Assembly (NCBI GenBank): GCA_976226885.1
Contig: OZ320320.1
Coordinates: 10,044,001 to 10,108,000, forward strand
DNA from: Iphione sp. A-MEVVRFRX5
Lineage: Eukaryota
Reading direction: 5' to 3'
Length of the DNA: 64,000 nt
Shown here piece by piece: positions 11,350-23,639 of the stretch. Position 1 is the first letter of the stretch. Each line of letters begins with the position of its first letter. Made by a program: the position numbers and the translations under genes. The notes below the pieces were generated by a model. That model ran no database searches and was not told the origin of the DNA. It was given only the letters and a program-made list of their open reading frames with translations.

Positions 11350-12255
11350 ATCATAACTGTGTTTTAGAGCTTGATTGGCACTTCCGAGCTTCGAGACAAA
11401 CATGTTGACTAAATGTAGCGTTGCTATACTTGTTTTAAATATTTTTTGTGGCCAAATTCTCATGATCTACTGATCCAATCAGTTTGAATATTGGCACACT
11501 CGTTCTGAGGTTAGTTTTCCTGAGAAACTACAGTGGAAGAATGGTAAACAGTTGCTTTTTGGTCGCAATTCCAGATCATTTGAACAACACCTAGCAGTCG
11601 TGATGTACATTTGGTGTAAATTTCATGGCGTTAGTCCAAATAGCGCAGAATAAGACAGATACACCAACGATGAACACCCCACAGTGACAGCCTTTGGCGG
11701 GACCCTCGTCCATAGCACTGGCTGAACAAACTAAAGGAAATGGGCGACAAGCAGCAAGACACAGCAGCCCGCTCCGTGAGCCGACTAGTGTCACTCTATA
11801 CAGAAACCAGGACCGAATGTATGCTAGTAGGTACATGTGCACAACCACACAGTATAAAACACATTAACTTTGAAATCATTGGAAATGATACAGAAATCAG
11901 CCAATGGCAAACATTCATACAGCAAAATACCACGTCAAGATATCAACTCCTATGATACAGTGGTTTGAAAGTTACAAGGCCCGTAAAATCATGACGAAGC
12001 ATCAGGCAGTCCAACAGAACAGCATTACCATGTCCCCTCCTGCGGTGGGGGACAAAAACCGTATCCATACATACGTATAAATGTACATGCAACAGATTGT
12101 AACCTTACAGAAATACCAAAAATGGCAAGACTACACAAGACGAGGACTGTTCTGCATAGATCGGACAGGCATATATAAACCATACTTGAGCCATACTACC
12201 ATAAACCATACTAACATGCCTCAAATACCAAGCAACTGGTACAAAAATAGGAACC

Positions 12256-12623
12256 ATCAACCGGGTGTGCACATTCTGTACAGGTGTGAAAACTCACTGA
12301 GTTCCAAGGCTGTGCACATCCTTGCATCTACCACCAAAGTATAACAACGGGGTCTATCAACAAGGTGTGCACATTCTGTACAGGTGTGAAAACTCACTGA
12401 GTTCCAAGGCTGTGCACATCCTTGCATCTACCACCAAAGTATAACAATGGGGTCTATCAACAAGGTGTGCACATTCTGTACAGGTGTGAAAACTCACCGA
12501 GTTCCAAGGCTGTGCACATCCTTGCATCTACCACCAAAGTATAACAACGGGGTCTATCAACAAGGTGTGCACATTCTGTACAGGTATGAAAACTCATGGA
12601 GTCCCAAGGCTGTGCACATCCTT
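12256..12623. repeat. Tandem repeat, 100-bp unit, ~3.6 copies
   Basis: GGTGTGCACATTCTGTACAGG at 12264, 12364, 12464 and 12564. Confidence 0.95.
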
Positions 12624-13457
12624 AAAGCCACTAAATACATGGTATGCCCTACGAATCACAGCCTTAATACTTTGATAGAAAACTTATATTAAAACAATTT
12701 GTAAAGAATTAGTATTAGTCTGGCAAAGACAGCTTAGAGTATAAAATTACACAGAAATAAGCAGTCTAGTGGCACTGTGCAACACATTCGACAGTGGTAA
12801 GGTAACACAGGATTTTGGTTACTAAAAATCATTTTACGCGGCTAAAAGACACGAGTGGATGCGTCTGTGACAGGTTAGGATGGGACCTCCTCCTAATCCA
12901 TGAATAGAATCAGAACCATTTGAGTACTTTTCTTATTACTGTGAACGTTTTATCATTATTATATATAATATATAGGATAATTACAGTCATGTCTTACAAC
13001 TTTGCGGATGATGGGTGTAGCCAGGCACGGTAGACGGTTGCCCTGTGCGGAGGTTTACATGTTACTGCAGCAAGCACACCGCATGTGGAAAGGCGAAGTA
13101 CTAAGGTGGTGAAATATTACTGAGACTAGTTGTAATTTCAGCACCTCGGCCTAGGAGTTTAACAAGAACCACTGGCCATTCCCAAGTGGAGGCTGAGGGG
13201 ATCTGGGAACCCACAAACACCCTAACCATAGGGGAACTGGAGGGAACCCAAGCTCTCAACGCTTTTATGATTCAACCACTCATTGAAAAACTATACAAAA
13301 ATCAGCCTGGTGGCAGCACAAAAGGAAGTATTAAGTAATATATTTTGTTTCTCACAAAATGCAGACATTTATCAATAAATTCACAAAAAAATCTGATATT
13401 TCTGGTCCGCCAAGTTCAGTGCATCTCATCCTACATATCCAGATTCTCCAAGTACAC

Positions 13458-13853
13458 CACCTGTCCCAACCCTTCTATATAGAGAGGTGTGATAGCCCCA
13501 CCTGTCTCATGCCTTCTATATAGAGAGGTGTGATAGCCCCACCTGTCCCATGCCTTCTATATAGAGAGGTGTGATAGCCCCACCTGTCCCAACCCTTCTA
13601 TATAGAGAGGTGTGATAGCCCCACCTGTCCCATGCCTTCTATATAGAGAGGTGTGATAGCCCCACCTGTCCCAACCCTTCTATATAGAGAGGTGTGATAG
13701 CCCCACCTGTCCCATGCCTTCTATATAGAGAGGTGTGATAGCCCCACCTGTCCCATGCCTTCTATATAGAGAGGTGTGATAGCCCCACCTGTCCCAACCC
13801 TTCTATATAAAGAGCTGTGATAGCCCCACCTGACCCAACCCTTCTATATGGAG
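13458..13853. repeat. Minisatellite, 41-bp unit, ~9.5 copies
   Basis: CACCTGTCCCAACCCTTCTATATAGAGAGGTGTGATAGCCC repeated head to tail. Confidence 0.95.
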
Positions 13854-14075
13854 AGCCTCAGGATCAGATTTTAATGATTATGTCCTGGTTCTAATATACT
13901 TACATTGCATATACTTGCCTACAAAAATAAAGATTGAAAAAGAAATCTGTTTCCTGCACATCCCTATCTTATCTGGCCCTCTGTCCAGCCAGGAGCTGCA
14001 GGTAGCGCTGAGGTCGCACTGAATGCAGATATATTCAGATACTCAAGTCTGGTGAACATATTCTTAGCGGCTTTA

Positions 14076-14384
14076 GGCGCTGTTCACATATAACTGGATT
14101 TTTTTGCTCCACACCTGGACACAGGGCCAGAATTTTTTTCAACCCACTCCAATCTCTTCTAGCATTCACATATAGGTTGATTTTTCCAGATCCGCATGCG
14201 GATCTGGATTTGTATCCATCAAACATGGGTTTGGTCCAGATCCACATGCAGATTTCCATAGAACGCAATGTTAAATAGACATCTGCTACCCATGTGAAAG
14301 CAATTAACAACAATCTCAGAGGGAGTATTATCCGCATCCGCATCTGGGGATGGATTTTTCATCCGGTTATATGTTAACAGTACC
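14076..14384. mobile_element. PIF/Harbinger-type MITE (309 bp)
   Basis: 24-bp TIRs matching 20/24 (GGCGCTGTTCACATATAACTGGAT), TTA on both flanks, internal 24-bp perfect palindrome at 14185-14208. Confidence 0.7.
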
Positions 14385-15240
14385 TTATTCATACAAATGC
14401 TGCTGCCACCAGTAGTTTCAGGGAACTGAGGTCCGACTTGTACTTGAATGCTACAATGTGGTACAAACACGTTACGTGATAGTAGAACCACTAAAACCTG
14501 TTAGTGATACACACCAAACCATCACCCGTATGTACACAAACCACCGGTATGTACACAAACCATCACCGGTATATAACATTCTAACTCCCCCTCACTATAC
14601 CTACAGACTATGTATAATTCTATATAAATACTAACACACTAAGAGCTAATCCCAACTTCAACACAGATCATTCAACCTGAAAAAGTTGAAGTGACGGAGA
14701 AGAGGACGAGGAAACTCCCTTCTGCTGGGATTACAGTCTCTTTCTTTGGTATTAAGCACGATACGAACTTTTAAAACGAGTCAAGTTCAAGCATAAAATA
14801 CACACCGTCCACTACAATGCCTTGCACCAGCAGGCATTCTAAACTGAACGGAGTCCTGAACTGACTAAAGGCTCCCTTAACCAGCAAAGCTGAAGGTGAT
14901 AACTTCATCTTTCTAGTCATTTAAATGTGGGCCGTGAGTCAAAAGAATTCTCTTTAAAACCTGCAACCGCTAAAAAATCCAGCTTTCGCAAAATATGGGC
15001 TGGTGTGTGGGATTTCCGAAGTAAAAAAATATAAATTTATGTACAATTCAGGTCCAATCTGCTACAATTGATAAGGTACACATTTCCAAAGCATGACGTC
15101 AATTCGACATCCACCCACCCCGCGCCCTGTAAGGAGGCGGGCATTGCACAGGTTGTGGAAGCTCCATCGTGGAGTCGCCTGAACTCTTCTAGGGGCCCTA
15201 GTGGCTAGCTGCCCTGGCTTCCGGTCGCTGGTGGCGTCCT

Positions 15241-15369
15241 CTAGTAGCCGCCCTGGTCGCCGAAGCGCCTCTCGATGTCCATGTTGTACGGGTTGAAGTC
15301 CCCGAGCACGTGGGGTGCGTTCTTCTCCAGGAAACGCCACATCTGACCCGCGACCTGCGCCTGCGCGTA
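15241..15369 (-). CDS. AOAH: AOAH exon 19 (last)
   Basis: YAQAQVAGQMWRFLEKNAPHVLGDFNPYNMDIERRFGDQGGY*. Confidence 0.93.
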   Translation of the reverse strand, partial: YAQAQVAGQMWRFLEKNAPHVLGDFNPYNMDIERRFGDQGGY

Positions 15370-18300
15370 CTGAAAGCAACGACAAAATGGCCACGTTTAT
15401 AGAAATACACATTTACTATATAGCTGGCAGGTGGGGGGGGGGGAGTCCACCACTGTCCACCTCGAGACAGTCCGCACCCCGGACATGAGGACCACGTCAA
15501 GTCAACACCGACTTCTCATCAAAGACACACCCTGAAAGGCCATTTAAAGAGACAGAATCGACGGTATGTGAGACACTCTATGTGTTTGAAGCTGATGGTG
15601 ATGTTATTGTGGATGCGAGCTGCTGACTTGGGTGGTGGTCAGGGCAGGGATGTAACACAGGTGGGACCGCATACGCTTTGGCTGAGACAGAATCGACAGT
15701 ATGTGAGACACTCTATCTGTTTGAAGCTGGTGACGTCGTTAGTGTGGATGAAAGCTGCTGACTTGGGTGGTGGTCAGGGCAGGGATGTAACACAGGTAGG
15801 ACCGCATACGCTTTGGCTGAGACAGAATCGACAGTATGTGAGACACTCTATGTGTTTGAAGCTGATGACATTGTTAGTGTGGATGAAAGCTGCTGACTTG
15901 GGTGGTGGTCAGGGTAGGGATGCATCACAGATGGGACCACATATGCTTTAGCAAGGGAAGCCACATCACTGCCTTGTTTAAGTGCAATCATTATATCTAT
16001 GTGTTTATTTGGTAACTCTATCATATGCGTGTTATTTCTATGCGTTTTACTGTCTTATGCATGTTTGATACACAGTGGAGACCCAGTTCAAGACCAGACC
16101 ACAGGAAAGTCTAAACCAGGGGAGATAGCAAGAATTATCGAGCCAAAGAAGAGAAATACTCTATATTGGGTATACCAAATGCAACCAAACCATGGCAGCG
16201 ACAACACTTTTCTAGTCCCTGGCTTGAACGGCACCACTGTCTCCCTGTGTCATTATATGACATTTGTTTGATCAATAGAAGACCACAGAAAAACACTGAA
16301 GTCTGTTTGATATGATACTGATTCCTGTTGACTACAAAGTGACATTTCCACCTTCTGGGTCAGTCCCCTCATCTACTGCTACAGCTAGGTGGTGCTCCCC
16401 TGTATCGTGTCAGTTACACATGTTCTATACAGTACTAGGTGGTGCTCCCCTGTATAGTGTCAGTTACACATGATACTATATCATGTCAGTTACACGTCTC
16501 TATATAGTACTAGGTGGTGCTCCCTTGTATAGTGTCAGTTACACATGATACTATATCGTGTCAGTTACACATGTCTCTATATCATGCTGGGTAGTGCTCC
16601 CCTGTGTAGTGTCAGTTACATGTGTTACTATAAGTTACACATGTTACTATATAGTGTCAGTTACACGTGTTCTGTATAGTGTCAGTTCCACGTGTCTCTA
16701 TATAGTGTCAGTTCCACATGTCTCTATATAGTGCTAGGTGGTGCTCCCCTGTGTAGTGTCAGTTACATGTGTTACTATGAGTTACACATGTTACTATATA
16801 GTGTCAGTTCCACATGTCTCTATATAGTGCTAGGTGGTGCTCCCCTGTGTAGTGTCAGTTACACATGATACTATATCGTGTCAGTTACACATGTCTCTAT
16901 ATAGTGCTAGGTGGTGCTCCCCTGTGTAGTGTCAGTTACATGTGTTACTATGAGTTACACATGTTACTATATAGTGTCAGTTACACGTGTCTCTATATAG
17001 TGCTAGGTGGTGCTCCCCTGTGTAGTGTCAGTTACACATGATACTATATAGTGTCAGTTACACGTGTCTCTATATTGTGCTGGGTGGTGCTCCCCTGTAT
17101 AGTGTCACTTTCATGTGTTACTATACTGTGTCAGTTACATGTGTCTATATATCGTGCTGGGTGGTGCTCCCCTGTATAGTGTCAGTTACATGTGTTACTA
17201 TATCGTGTCAGTTACACATGTTCTATATAGTGCTGGGTGCTGCTCCCCTCTATAGTGTCAGTTACATGTGTTCTATATAGTGTCAGTTACCCATGTTACT
17301 ATATAGTGTCAGTTACATGTGTTACTATATAGTGTCAGTTACCCATGTTCTATATAGTACTAGGTAGTGCTCCCCTGTATAGTGTCAGTTACACATGATA
17401 CTATAAGTTACACATGTTACTATATAGTGTCAGTTACATGTGTCTCTATATAGTGTCAGTTACATGTGTTACTATAAGTTACACGTTACTATATAGTGTC
17501 AGTTACATGTGTCTCCATATAGTGTCAGTTACATGTGTTTCTATATTGTGTCAGTTACACATGTTTCTATAAAGTGCTGGGTGGTGCTTCCCTGTATAGT
17601 GTCAGTTACACATATTAATATACTGTATGTGCAGGACCAGCATTAATATAAACAGTTGTCTGACCGAGGGGTAAGTCATGCAAACTGAATGTGATGCGTG
17701 CTGTCTGACACAACACGTCTTTAGTGCTCCTCACCTGGTTGGGATGGAAGCCATCCACTGCATCGATAAGTTTGTAGACGTTCTCTTTACCATGTACCAG
17801 GATCCACTCATCGAGAACTGAAAGTCAATGAAAAAAACATAAGGGCAGGCAAGTAAACAACTCAGACTATCTACACGTCTGTCCTAGCAAACTTCCTTTA
17901 TTCTTTCAAAACCTTGTGTCTGCAGAAAGATGAAGCGAGCCTGATATAACATGCTGTCAGATATCACAAATATTCCACTAAATACAGCAATACAGGTCTT
18001 CATCAATTTATGACATCTGTAGTTATAAAAGTACTAGTTATACTAAGTTAATTATTATATGTAAACAGGGCTTATGTACAGGGGAGTCTTGGGTGACTGG
18101 CTACTCCGGATATCAGTGGTGCTAGTCTGAAAGTGACTTCCCCACGCAGTGCTTGATGTTTACACCCCCACTGCCCCTGAGCTGCTCTTTAAGCAGTCCT
18201 GAGTGTCTGTTCACTATACAGAGGAAAGTCCCTCATCAGGACACCCCTGGTTCCTTTATAAACTGCCCCGAACTGAGATGGGTCCCTATTAGAGACTTCT

Positions 18301-21300
18301 TGTAATATATGTATACAGTAGATATAATTTTTTCTTTCCCAAAGTGTCCTTATTAGAGGCCTTACTGGAGACTTGTTCCCAAGGTGACCTTCCACTCTAC
18401 ATATTCTCATAACTTTCTCATTCTTTCAGTTCATTCCCCAGGCGATTCATTTTACAATATGTGTGCGTAAATTATTTCTTATATTTAAGCCTATTTAGTA
18501 AGCTGGGTAATCTGGACAGCATACAATTAATTGGTGAGTACATTACAATATGTGATAGTTTATACATGTACTCAATAAACTCTGTTTTCTTCCATGCGGC
18601 AGATGTCCTCTATCACCATCCAAACATCCTTTCAAATGTCAAACATGTTTATACATGGTAATACATGTATTCGCATCTACAAAGTTTATTTCGTAATAAA
18701 GAAGTAGCTACTGAGTTAGGTTACAGTCCATGAACTGACCTGCTTTCAGCGGGTTTGGCATGAAGTGGACATCAAAGTTCTTAAACTTGTGAGTCTTAGT
18801 GACTTCTTCCTCTACTTGACTCAGCTGGAAGGCTCTCTGCAACATAAACACGGAATAACATAGCTCTAAATCCTCATAATGGGAGGCTAGTACTACATAC
18901 ATGTAAGCCTCAATGATGAGAAGTGGTAAGTGATGCAGGGACTCAATATGGCGGTGGGGTTTTCACGTAATTTTATTGAAACAGAACAAAATTCAGCCAT
19001 AAATATATAAACTGTGAGTATTTTTTGTAAATATACCAACATATGTTTCACACACACAAATATATGCACACATGCACGCACGTACACACACAGACACACA
19101 AGTAGGAGGAGGCCGCCCGACGACAAATTCTGCCAACTCTAGCAGCTATACTATCCCTCTCCCCAGAACTCTAGTAGCCATGCTCTCTCACTGACTCTAG
19201 TGACCATGCTATCTCTCTCTCACTGACTCTAGCGGCCATGCTATCTCTCTCTTACTGACTCTAGTGGCCATGCGATCCCTCACTCACTGACTCTAGTGGC
19301 CATGCTATCCCTCTCTCACTGACTCTAGTGGCCATGCTGTCTCTCTCTCACTGACTCTAGTGGCCATGCTATCCCTCTCTCACTGACTCTAGCGGCTGTG
19401 CTATCTCTCTTTAACCAACTCTAGTGGCTATGCTGTCTCTCTTGCACCGACTCTAGTGGCCATGCTGTCTCTCTCTCACTGACTCTAGTGGCCATGCTAT
19501 CCCTCTAGGACTGACTCTAGTGGCCATGCTATTCCTCTCTCACTGACTAGTGGCCATGCTATCCCCCTTCTCACTGACTCCAGCAGCCATGCTATCCCTC
19601 TCTCACTGACTCTAGCGGCCATGCTGTCTCTCTCTCACTGACTCTAGTGGCCATGCTGTCTCTCTCTCACTGACTCTAGTGGCCATGTGATCCCTCTCAC
19701 ACTGACTCTAGTGGCCATGTGATCCCTCTCTAATTGACTTTAGTGGCCATGCTATCTCTCTCTTTCTGACTCTAGCGGCCATGCTATCCCTCTGTGACTT
19801 GCTCTAGCAGCCATGCTATGCCTCTCAATGACTCTAGCAGCCATGCTGTCTCTCTTTCACTGACTCTAGTGGCCATGCTATCCCTTTCTCACTGACTCTA
19901 GTGGCCTTGCTATCCTGTTCCCCCCAGACTTCAGCAGCCTTCCCATCCCTCTCTCATGGAATCTAGTAGCCATGCTATCCCTCTCTGACTCTAGTGGCCA
20001 TGTTATCCTGCTGCCACACACTCTCGCTGCCATGTTGTCCCTCTCTCACTGACACCAGGGCTCATACTATTCCCCAGGCTGAAATCACACCCTCTGAGGA
20101 GTAGATACCAGTTGGTTGCAATGTAAGTTGATTATGGCAGAAATCAACCTGTTCCCTTACCTTGATGTGTGAGTTAGTCTCAGACCAACAATAATGTGTG
20201 AGAGTGTATGTTATGAGTTTGAATGTCTATTGTGAGAGTTTGTATGTGGACCTCATGCAGGACAATGAATGCACAGAACCCCCCATACCAACAAGGTCCT
20301 CACCTCTGACGTCTGGTTGCGAATGGTCTCATTGCTTCCCATCCAACCCGCACATGGTGAAATCTGGAACAGACAGTAAATTGTATGATAAAACAGTTTC
20401 TCTTACAGTATGGAGTTTTAAAAAACGGTAAAAAAAACCCAAAACAAGTAGTATCTCGTGTAATGAAGAAGTTTCCCTGACAGTTTAGAAACTGGTGTAT
20501 TGAAGTTATCTATCTGAGGGTATAGTGGTACCTAGTAACTGGTGTAATGAAATAGTTTATCTGACAGTATAGAAACTGGTTTCATGAAGTTATCTATTTA
20601 CGGGTATCCAGGTAGTAACTAGTGTAATAAAGGAGTTTCCATAGTGCTATGTAGCTACAAGGTAGTATGATGAAGCAGTTTTTGCCTACCAGTGGAGAGG
20701 TTAGTCACTGTTATAATGACATACCTTCTCTGATAGCATACAGCTAGTGATGGCAACAGTGAGTCCCTGCTACCACTTCTCTACCACATCAACACTGCAC
20801 AATCAGCTCAGATAAGAGGATGTTCTTCACTGAATCTTATCAAGTTGGTCTGCTACTAGAGCAGGATTCTGTGTACTACAATGGTGTTGAATACAGCGGA
20901 ATCCCTCCAACCAGGACATCTTGTATTATGGAGAGTAAGTGTGCTGGAACCCACACAGACCCTTGGCACTTTGGTTTGGACACTGGGGATCTCAGACTGT
21001 ACAGCCTGCATCCGGGGTATGTGGTTTAGGAAGCACAGAGTTGTTAAAAAGTGCATGTGCACCCAGCGTGGCCTGGGGCCACCAGCGAGCCAGCAGCTGT
21101 GGGTCTCGGGTCAGCTGTTAATTACTGCTCGACATAAAGTAACAAATATACAACCCCAGATACTGCCACACACATAACAACAGACACACACACAACCCCA
21201 GATACTGCCACAAACATAACAACACACATACAACCCCAGATACTGCCACACACATAACAACAGACATACAACCCTAGATACTACCACACACATAACAACA

Positions 21301-23513
21301 GACATACAACCCTAGATACTGCCATACACATAACAACACACACACAACCCTGGATACCACCACACATATAACAACACACACACACAACCCTGGATACTGC
21401 CATAGACATAACAACACATACCACCCCAGATACACATAACAAGACACACACAACCCTAGATACCACCACACATATAATAACACACACACAACCCTGGATA
21501 CTGCCATACACATAACAACACACATACCACCCTGATACACATAACAAGACACACACAACCCCAGATACTGCCACACATAGAACAACACACACACACACAA
21601 CCCCGGATACTGCCATACACATAACAACACACACACAACCCTAGATACTGCCACACACATAACAACACACACACAACCCTGGATACTTCCATACACATAA
21701 CAACACACATAGCACCCAAGATACACATAACAAGACACACAACCCTAGATACTGCCACACATATAACAACACACACACACAACCCCAGATACTGCCATAC
21801 ACATAACAACACACATACCACCCTAGATACACATAACAACACACACACAACCCTAGATACTGCCACACACATAACAACACACACAACCCTAGATACTGTC
21901 ACACAAATAACAACACACACACAACCCTGGATACTGCCATACACATAACAACACACACACAACCCTAAATGCTGCCACACATATAACAGCACACATACAA
22001 TGCTAGATACTGGTACACACATGAGAACACATATAACACCCCAGATACACATAACAACACACACACAACCCTAGATACTTCCACACATATAACAACACAC
22101 ACACAACCCCGGATACTGCCATACACATAACAACACACATACCACCCTAGATACACATAACAACACACACACAACCCTAGATACTGCTACACACATAACA
22201 ACACGCATACAGCCCTAGATACTGCCACACACATAACAACACACACACACAACCCCAGATACTGCCATACACATAACAACACACATGCCATCCTAAATAC
22301 TGCCACACATATAACAACAGACAGACAGACCGACATTATATATGACCCTGGCTGCTGTCAGTCATATTACCTGGAGGCAGTTGAGGAAGTCATACAGATC
22401 ACGGTAGCGTATGTCGTGATGGAGGTTGCCTAATGGGTGCACACGGTCATGGAGGTTGTTGTATAAAACACGGCCATCAGCAAGACCAACAACAATCACG
22501 TGACTGTTGGCAGGCAGACGGGAATCCTGGTAGAAGTGAGACAAAATGAAGATCTCTTTCTTTTTAATGGAATGATTTGTAAACTGATACCATCTCTCGT
22601 ATAACTTGAAGCTCTGAGTTGAGTAAGCAAGCGATGCTCTTCACATTCTATTTCTTTGTTTTCCTGGGAGTTCCTCAGCAAACAACATTTTTCAGTTTTC
22701 TTCTCTGATGTTTCTATTAAATTCTTCTCTTAATCTATAGTTCTCTACACTTATTTACAAACAACATGGCTGAGACAGTCTATGCGTCGCCACCTGAACA
22801 CAACAGAAAAGTCACTGACTCTTGGCTGGGCAGAATTGACAGCACCTTCATTACCAATTAAAAGTGAAGTGAAAAAGATTCTTTCTTCCAAATCAGCTGA
22901 TTTCTAATCTGGCATTTATCCTATTTACCCAAATCATACAGGAACAGGAGTTCAATGAGAAATAAGGAAGACATAAATTTCTTAAGTAGATATGTAATGG
23001 TTCAAACATTCCTATAAGCACAGGTTCCTGACGGACGGGCTGAGGGCTGCACAACAGTATTGCTAGCTTTCAGAAACGATGGGGAACAAACTCAGGAGCA
23101 CAAAGTAGGGATAAAAACTAATGTTGTAAACAAAGTGATAAATTACCAGGAAATTCAGGGTGTTGATGAGGTTTGTGCGCATCTGGGCCGGTGTCGTCAT
23201 GTGAGCCACAGTGTCTTTCGAGTGCCTGAAAGATGCAAGTTGCGTGTCAGGTAACATTTACATCCTAATTTTTTAACATTTACATTCTCTGTGACAGGCA
23301 CAGTGTTCCACTGCATGATGCACCATATTACATTCCCTTCAATGAGATGAACGCCCATATGAGAATGTTTCCATGACGCTAGGCTACTAGTAACACGTTT
23401 TCATGACGCAAGGCCCCTACTAAAAGAGAGAGTATATGTGTGCATGGGGAGAGAGAGAGAGAATGTGTGTATGTGTGTGCGTGGGGAGACAGAGAGTGTG
23501 TATATGTGTGCGT

Positions 23514-23553
<40 letters not shown>

Positions 23554-23597
23554 TAGAAAGAGAGAGAGAGAGTTAGTGTAGATGTGTACGTGGGGGA

Positions 23598-23639
<42 letters not shown>

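Noticed and set aside
13458-13853. CRISPR-like regular repeats (also the 57-, 60- and 30-bp arrays)
   Set aside because: Head-to-tail monomers with no unique spacers, no cas genes, and a eukaryotic context.
15062-15500. 116-aa and 100-aa minus-strand ORFs
   Set aside because: Alternative frames across the GC-rich last AOAH exon.
21111-22174. Cys/Val-rich ORFs
   Set aside because: Translations of a (TG)-rich minisatellite.
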